The translations under genes were made by a program, and so were the position numbers. Source: Macrostomum lignano (taxonomy: Eukaryota). Taken from it: a stretch of 26,679 nt of DNA. The notes beneath the pieces were generated by a model. That model saw nothing but the letters and a program-made list of their open reading frames with translations. It was not told where the DNA came from and did no database searches. Numbering within the stretch: the first letter of the stretch is position 1; each line of letters starts with the position of its first letter. The stretch lies in contig NIVC01005084.1 in assembly GCA_002269645.1 (NCBI GenBank), positions 1 through 26,679 on the forward strand, given 5' to 3'. Shown one piece after another: positions 19,914-26,679 of this stretch.

Positions 19914-22119
19914 TGATGTAACCGCCCTTGTCGCCTGTCCGCTCCGTAGAGAGACGAACGCATGGCTAGAGGGGCAATGACCGTAGGCTGCCTATGACCG
20001 GGCAATGACCTGACGGACCTCCAGCACCAGACTGTCCCGCCCACATGATTAGTAGCTTTGGTAGCGCTTCGTGACCAGAGGGCCAAGGACCCACATGGAC
20101 CCCACCTGTAGCCAAGGTGCAATAGTTGGTCACTCGGTCATGGTATGACCGAGTGGCTGCCACCACTCTATGTGACCTGGCGCACCTGGATCTTTCTACC
20201 AGACCTCTCGAGGCTAGAGCCCCGCCTGGATTGGTTACCAGGGGATTTAGGCTAACAGGGGAGACGCATGCAGCCGAGTACAGGGACTCTGCTTGGGGCA
20301 TGATCGGGAACTCTGGGCTCAATCCTGGAGGATTTCTCAGCAGGGGATCCTTTGTGGCTGTGAGCGAGGCTGACTTGCGACTTTGATTACTAAGAGTAGT
20401 ATGAGGCGAACATGTACTGTCTACAGTTTAGATTGCGAAGGGACGCGTTAGCATGGGGTTGCAACCTTCCTACTGCCATTCTGTGCCAAGACTCGCTAAT
20501 CCCTCTACTGCACGCACACGCGGCCCCGCAGCACGCACTCACAGGCGGGCTTTGCACGGGGAGAGGCCATTAGCTTACCCAAACTTCCTTATGCTTTGCC
20601 ACCCCGGGAGAAAGGCTTAGCAAGCCATGAGTGAAATGATGGTGAAAGATTGAATAATGATGAAGTTAGTTAATAGTTAATAATTAGGCCCTTAGGCAAA
20701 TAAGCAGGCAATTAGGCGGCTTCACTATTGAGTAAAATACAGCAAAAGATACGGTATCACAATTGGCTCAGCTCTCTAATCAGACAATGGAAAATAGGCA
20801 AACCCCGGATAAGCAAAGGCAATTAGAGCACAAATTAGTAGCAGGAACTTACCGGCAGCTGCACAGAGAGAGAGAGAGGCGGAGTGACCGAGGGCGGCTG
20901 TAGGCTGCAGTCAGGCAGACGGTGAAGCGGCGATGCGCTGGAGCGACGAGGCGCTGATGTAGATCAGGCGATGCTGATGATGCTGGGCGGTATCAGACCG
21001 CTGGCCGATAGGCGAGCTCACTTGGGGAGCTAAGGATAACTTGGCGGTAACAGACCGCGGACCGGCAGGGATTCGTCTTATAGACGAATGGGTCAGAACT
21101 CAATCTGACAGCAAGTCCAAAGAAGGACGAGGAGAGGAACAGAGATAAACTCAGTTGAGTATTCTCATGCCGAAATCGCTTCCTTTTATAGACCTCACAG
21201 CCGCCTCCTCAAGGTCGTTACCATGGCTCCCTCTCTCTGATTGGCTGCCGGCAGAATGACGTCAGAATGAGTCATGATGAGAAGCATGAGACCGGCATAG
21301 CAACATGAGAAATCGGGAAATTGCGCAATCCGGAGGTGGGGTGGGGGATAATTGGCGCAGCGGGTGGTCGCGAAAGTGTTGCGCAAGCAAACATTGAGAA
21401 CAATAGGGCTGGGGTCGAGAACAAAGGAATTGGAAATCGGGGATAATTGGGGAAAACTGAGAACAATGGAAAAGTAAACATTGGAGAAAAGGTGATAATT
21501 AGGTGCGAAAACGAGAACAAAAGAAAGAGAAAATCGGAGAAAATGTGATAATTGGTGGGGTCGAGAGAACAAAAGAAGCAAAAACGAGAACAATAGAAGC
21601 GGAGGTGGGGTGGGTGTCACATGAGAAATTTGGGAAGGAGAACAATAGCGTGAGAAAAGGTTGCGCAAGAGAGGGGGATGAGTCATCGATGAGTCACCGA
21701 GGGGGAGAAGGGGTCACACGACTTGCGTCACCGTTTGGGAGTTTGAGAGGGGATGGGGAGACGGTGAGCACACAAAGTACTGTAAGTAGACACAGGGAAA
21801 GAGGGGACAGCGCAGGAAAAGAGTGCAGAGGGAGACAAAAAAAAGGAGGAGGTAGAGAAAGTACAGGAAGAATAGGGCGGGAACAGAAGAGATAGGGTAG
21901 AGGGGGAGGTACAGAAAGGGGTAGGGGCTCCGGAAAGGCAGGTGTGGCGGCAGAGAGACGGGACCAAGGCAGCAGGAGGGTGCAGCAGAGCGGGAGTCTC
22001 CAGGCCCGGTCGGAGACCTGGCCGAGTCTCGACAGCTCTGTGCAGAGGGTGCACGGGATAGGAGGCACTTTCGAAAAAGTTCCCATGCCCTATCCCGCGA
22101 CCAGAGCGTGGTTACATCA
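19914..22119 (-). repeat. 5' LTR (2206 bp)
   Basis: Near-identical copy of 10785-13001 with the same TGATGTAACC..GGTTACATCA ends. Confidence 0.97.
21184..21695 (-). promoter_or_regulatory. LTR U3 promoter: TATA, CCAAT, CRE, AP-1 x3, C/EBP x3, repeated GATAA and AACAAT motifs (same set at 12063-12575 in the 3' LTR)
   Basis: Minus-strand TATAAAA at 21190-21184; ATTGG ~50 nt upstream; TGACGTCA 21257; TGAGTCA 21268, 21679, 21690; ATTGCGCAAT 21320 plus two more TTGCGCAA; degenerate GAGAACAA and GATAATTGG repeats. Confidence 0.75.
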
Positions 22120-22480
22120 AAAGTTCCAATTGCACCTAACAGTAAGTGAACTTTAATTTCTACCCCCACGCAGCACTTTGGGCATGTCCTGTTCTTGTAA
22201 GGAATCTTTGGTCTCACAGTCCTCATAAGTGTTTCGCAGGCTGGTTATGGATTGCTAATCTAACCTGTGACAGGGTGCGCTTGAATTCTTGATTAGAGAT
22301 CTCCTGTACATAATTTTCGGTTGAGTAGCAGCATTGGAAGCTTTGTATTGGAGAAGCGTGTCTTTCAAGGGTCATTAACCTTGGAGACGCCCTCGTGATG
22401 ACGCCAAAACCAATGATCGCCATCACTTGCTTTAGTCTTAGCATACTGTAAGTAGTGCCATTGTTACAAATAGCCATGTT
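22120..22480 (-). pseudogene. Degenerate 3' end of a non-LTR retrotransposon ORF2 (L2/Crack/CR1-like C-terminal Cys/His region), cut by the LTR
   Basis: Joining two frames gives KRTLSQVRLAIHN..RTVRPKIPYKNRTCPKCCVGVEIKVHLLL, resembling the R..LTK.RLS.H.L.IETGRY.RPKIP...R.C..C...VEDE.HFLL motif of such LINEs. Confidence 0.55.
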
Positions 22481-22575
22481 TATAATGTTTATTTAAAAAT
22501 TGCAACTAGGCACATGTCAAATGTTGTCCTAACTTTTTACTTTTGGCCCAAAAATTAACTAGTTAAATATTTCAA

Positions 22576-22706
22576 CACTGTCCTCTGGGGGAGCAATGTC
22601 CTCAGCTGGCATTGTCCTCAGGGGCACTGTCCTCAGGGGACATGGTTCTCAGGGACACTGTCCTCAGGGGGCACGGTTCTCAGAGGGGGGCACTGATCTC
22701 AGGGGC
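22576..22706. repeat. Degenerate 15-19-bp tandem repeat (CACTGTCCTCAGGGGG), ~8 units
   Basis: Directly visible. Confidence 0.8.
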
Positions 22707-22876
22707 GCAATCGACCAATAAGCAGACTGTTCGAATTCGAGACTATTTGGCACAATAGGTACGAGGTAAATTGGTAAATTGCAATCATCAAATCGTTGCT
22801 TATGCTTGGTCTATATGTTCCCGTAAGCCAATCGAACTTACCCGACACTCGGGCATCTCCCGACTGGTATCCGCAG

Positions 22877-23215
22877 GCACAACCTTGGCCTGTCGTGGTA
22901 CCGCGGCCAGATGCCGCTCAGCCGACCCGGCGACGTCACCTTGGAGAAGTCACCAGCCTATTTCGTCACCGAGGCTGCCCCAGCTCGGGTGTGGCGCATG
23001 AACACCAGCATCCAGCTAATCCTCATTCTGCGCGATCCCGTGGACCGCGTTGTCAGCGACTACGCGCAGCATGTGCACCGGCGAGTCTCTAAAGAGTTGC
23101 CGCCCAAGCCGATCGAAAGTCTCGTGCTGACGCGCAACGGCGATGGCCGGGTGAATCCGAACGCCAAGATGGTGCAAACATCGCTCTATCACAGACATCT
23201 GCGGCGGTGGCTCAG
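22877..23215 (+). CDS. HS3ST: Heparan sulfate glucosamine 3-O-sulfotransferase, penultimate coding exon
   Basis: CCGCAG| acceptor and |GTGAGT donor, both phase 2; GLSWYRGQMPLSRPGDVTLEKSPAYF and 3'-phosphate-binding ILRDPVDRVVSDY motifs. The upstream PAPS 5'PSB exon was not found in the window. Confidence 0.93.
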
Positions 23216-23520
23216 GTGAGTAAAATCGAGTGGCTTATTGGTTACCCGTCTGACTCGTATTCGTGTAACATGTGCGAGTTCAAGACTTAGCGCAATTGGC
23301 TCCGCCACCACTTGTCTCGTGGCTCGTGGGTTCCTTCACAAGTTACTGAATCTTAATCACATTGCTTAACCAGTTCGTAACTCCTGAACCGTGTGACTTA
23401 AACAACTTTGACGCGTTCTTCTCATGAGTTTCGACTTATCGCCAACTTTATTTGGGTTTCTGAACGCTTTGAAAAAGTTTTTCTTAACAGTAAAGCCAAT
23501 TGGTTTCTCATACCGCTAAG

Positions 23521-23884
23521 GTACTTCAAGCCCGACCAGATCCACCTGGTGGATGGCGATCGGCTGGTCAGTCAACCGCACTCGGAGCTGAAGCAGGTCG
23601 AGGACTTTCTCGGCTTAAAGCGGCACATTCGTCCGGAGCATTTTGTCTTCAACGCCACCAAAGGCTTCTACTGTCTGGCTCCGTCTGTTAGCAGCGGCCG
23701 AGGTAAAAAACGCAGACAGCGCTGCCTCGGCTCCGAGAAAGGCCGCCGACACCCGAGCGTGGCTAATTCCACTCTGACGGCGCTGCGCCACTTTTTTGCT
23801 GGACACGACGAACGCCTCGTCCAGCTGACTGGGCGCACTTTTGATTGGATGCGACGGAACGCCCAGCAGTTTGGAGAAGAGTAA
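23521..23884 (+). CDS. HS3ST: Heparan sulfate 3-O-sulfotransferase, last coding exon
   Basis: TAAG| acceptor, phase-compatible with the upstream exon (..WLR|YFKPDQIHLVDGDRL); FNATKGFYCL..CLGSEKGRRHP..LRHFF..TGRTFDW, characteristic of the HS3ST C-terminus. Confidence 0.93.
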
Positions 23885-24197
23885 ACGGTGGTGAAGCCTC
23901 TTTCAATAGCCTAATTATTAGCCGAATTCCCCTTGCTTGTCTAGAAAATAAGAATCCATTGCCATTCGGGACGCATCGAACTTTAATAAAGAGACTCAAA
24001 AGATATGGCTTTTAGAAACAAAAGGAAAGGTTTTCCATGGAAATAAACTGACAATAGGATGGAACAGTCGTAAACGGATGATGCTTAGAGCTCAAGATAA
24101 CGCAAAACAGACATTGCTGACTCAGATTACAACTCAATAGTATTCCACCGTTTGCACTGGTGCTGTTATCCATGGTCAATATTTTGTTAGCGCAAGT

Positions 24198-24568
24198 GCG
24201 CAGATAAGCGAAATCTCACACTAAACCATTGACGTCTGCACCAGTGCAGATAAGCGAAATCTCACACTAAACCATTGACGTCTGCACCAGTGCAGATAAG
24301 CGAAATCTCACACTAAAACATTGACGTCTGCACCAGTGCAGATAAGCGAAATCTCACACTAAACCATAGACATCTGCACCAGTGCAGATAAGCGAAATCT
24401 CACACTAAACCATAGACATCTGCACCAGTGCAGATAAGCGAAATCCCACACTAAACCATAGACATCTGCACCAGTGCAGAAAAGCGAAATCTCACACTAA
24501 ACCATAGACATCTGCACCAGTGCAGATAAGCGAAATCCCACACTAAACCATAGTCATCTGCACCAGTG
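24198..24568. repeat. 46-bp minisatellite, 8 copies, with self-complementary unit ends
   Basis: Unit GTGCAGATAAGCGAAATCTCACACTAAACCATAGACATCTGCACCA starting at 24198, 24244, 24290, 24336, 24382, 24428, 24474, 24520. Confidence 0.95.
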
Positions 24569-25286
24569 GCTATCGCAATTGTGCACCCACTGGCTTGACG
24601 AGTTTCAGTTCTGTTGTGGATCTAGATGAATTCTTGATTGCTGATGCAGACGCACGATAAAACTGTGCTGCGATGACTTTTTGTTTCTTGGAATATGAAC
24701 GCACATGTAAAATCTAATTTACATGTTACTTGAATCTGATTTCTCTGCAAGTATTCAATTATTGATTTATTGTTTAATTGGCTTTCTTCGTATTGCTGTG
24801 GTGTTGAAGCAATCGGTTAAACAGCTTTCGTACTTTAACATAATTTTTGTTTAAATGAGAACAATTGACTTACCCTGGCTACCTATGACAGTTTTGTCAG
24901 TTGTAAATAATTTTGTTTGGTTGGTTAGCCTTTCACTTCCGATGTTTGCCCTCATTCTTATAGAAAACGAATTGTTATTGTTTCTGCATGTATACGACAG
25001 TTTTGTTTCCTGTATTAAAATCGCGCTCTCACTCTTACATCGCGCTGCTTTTGCACTGCCAGAAGTTTATAGTATCATCCAGCCTATTGCGAGTTTAGTT
25101 TTCACTTGACTTCATTCAATATTCGTCGGAGTAAACATTCTGTTATATAAAAATACAATCAAAAAGTAACGTGATGAGCCCAGTGATATTCTCAGTTACG
25201 TTTGTGTACTTGCTAAAAATGAACTCTGATCGTTATGAATCTTTGTTACCTGACGCAACTTTGACGCTCATTTAATAGATTTTTAG

Positions 25287-26021
25287 CAGAGAGCTCAGAA
25301 AGTGCGAACCCGGGTTCCCTTCCCTGAACTGCCCGCCTGCGGCTTCATGATGAAGGGACAGCAGCGCCACAGCCAGGAAGACGGTAGAATCCTCGGAATT
25401 TTCCGGCGCAAATCAGCAATTTGCCGGCGCACGGCGCACACTTCACTGCGCCGCGCGCATGGGCTCGGCGCATCGGCGCATGGCTCGGTGCATCGGTGCA
25501 TGGCTCGGCGCATGGCGCACAAGGTACGTCAGTGTACGTGACAATATAATAATGAATAATAAAAAAACGTATATTAAATGTCAATCAATCAATAAAATAA
25601 ACGATAGTCGATACGATAGTCGTTATTTCCAATGTTGTTTCTATTTCAAATTTCATTAATCGACTTAACAAACTTAACAAATTTGCGCCTTTCGCGGCTT
25701 TTGTTGCGTCTTTTTGCTTATATTTTGCAAATAGAAGCCATGATTGAACTGCTTGAACTTCCATTGATATTGATTCAATTTAGATACTTAATACTTGATG
25801 GTGCTTTTTCAAGTGTATTTTTCTCGGCGCATGGCGCACAAGTAATTTTTTTTTCTCGGCGCACGCGGCGCACAGCAAAAATTTTGATGGATGTTATTCC
25901 GGCGCACACGCTGCACCTTCCTGACCATGGCAGCAGCGAGACATCGTCTATGGCCAAGCGATAGCCAGTGTTGTCGGATTCAGCGCGCAGGAATGTCGTT
26001 TCCGCACTCGTTCGCGTGCTG
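25287..26021. mobile_element. Possible non-autonomous DNA transposon with GGCGCA-rich subterminal blocks around an AT-rich core
   Basis: CAG..CTG ends with only weak inverted similarity; many CGGCGCA motifs; CTCGGCGCATGGCGCACAAG repeated at ~25503 and ~25822; no TSD found. Confidence 0.3.
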
Positions 26022-26385
26022 GAATGCAACTGTCTATGGTAAAAACGCCATTGGAATCAAGCAGAAAATCAGTGCAGGAATGATGTGCGATTCTTGCACT
26101 ATAAAGGAAACGGAACATTAAAGCTTTCGACGATACTCGGGCTCGTGATTCTATCTTTGGTTTAAGTGTCCATGGTCTCGTATTACTGGTCTCGGTTTAA
26201 TTGTCTATGGTCTCGTATTAGTGACGGCTCCGCCCCCACACCCCCGCAAGGGGACTGCGTCCCCTTGACCCCTGCTTCCTACCACTCTTACTGTGTGCAA
26301 GCATGAATCCAACATTCATGCTAGAAAAATGCTAGACTTGACGTAGTCTCTTCACTTGGTCTCAATTAGCATGTAGTGTCTGTTA

Positions 26386-26679
26386 CCAGAATGAGTGTAT
26401 GCGGCACCAAAATGAGTGCCTGAATGCGACACCAAAATGAGTGCCTGAATGCGACACCAAAATGAGTGCCTGAATGCGGCACCAAAATGAGTGCCTGAAT
26501 GCGACACCAAAATGAGTGCCTGAATGAGTGCCTGAATGCAGAGCCAAAATGAGTGCCTGAATGCAGAGCCAAAATGAGTGCCTGAATGCATAGCCAAAAT
26601 GAGTGCCTGAATGCAGAGCCAAATTGAGTGCCTGAATGAATGAAGAGCCAAAATGAGTGCCTGAATGCAGAGCCAAAAT
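26386..26679. repeat. 25-bp minisatellite (CCAAAATGAGTGCCTGAATGCGACA / ..GCAGAG), ~11 copies, running off the window
   Basis: Directly visible; period 25 (26407, 26432, 26457...). Confidence 0.95.

Larger units (their letters stand above)
10785..22119 (-). mobile_element. Non-autonomous Ty3/Gypsy-type LTR retrotransposon (LTR-PBS-leader-gag-pro-[no RT/RH/IN]-PPT-LTR)
   Basis: Two ~2.2-kb direct repeats with TG..CA ends; tRNA-Leu PBS next to the right LTR and PPT next to the left LTR (minus orientation); gag and protease on the minus strand; no RT/IN motifs in 13002-15590; no TSD. Confidence 0.95.

Noticed and set aside
24198-24568. CRISPR-like appearance (palindromic repeats at regular spacing)
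   Set aside because: The intervening sequences are identical rather than unique spacers; no cas genes; eukaryotic context.
24590-25140. Coding-like minus-strand fragments (NFWQCKSS.., VRSYSKKQKVIAAQF..) and the hydrophobic + ORF 24855-25109
   Set aside because: Fragmented by stops and frameshifts with no diagnostic motif; cannot be supported as a gene or transposase.
26352-26676. Three repetitive minus-strand ORFs (HSGTHFG..)
   Set aside because: Translation artefacts of the 25-bp minisatellite.

Overview
Eukaryotic, intron-containing, invertebrate-like genomic DNA that is almost entirely transposon-derived and ends in the last two coding exons of a heparan-sulfate 3-O-sulfotransferase (HS3ST; 22877-23215 and 23521-23884). 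From left to right: an AT-rich ~888-bp-period duplication ending in a hairpin+CTAG (Helitron/Helentron-like); a decayed Ty3/Gypsy pol (2017-5691) lacking gag and LTRs; a + strand cluster of small unknown coding islands (ORF-A, coiled-coil ORF-B, a CCHC-knuckle exon split by an I-type LINE fragment with an 8-bp TSD, and an RPA70-like OB fold missed by the ORF track); a tRNA-like remnant and a 23-bp minisatellite. Next is an 11.3-kb, young, minus-strand Gypsy-type LTR element (10785-22119) with 2.2-kb LTRs, a tRNA-Leu PBS, gag and a -1-frameshifted protease, but no RT/RNase H/integrase. Where pol should be, it carries an antisense TATA/donor/acceptor unit encoding a Pro/Ala/acidic protein with a C-terminal hydrophobic segment, plus an array of ~9 degenerate mimics of its own LTR-end/PBS junction. 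Several minisatellites follow HS3ST. No CRISPR, rRNA or prokaryotic features. All calls were made by eye with no database searches; some homopolymer indels may be sequencing errors.
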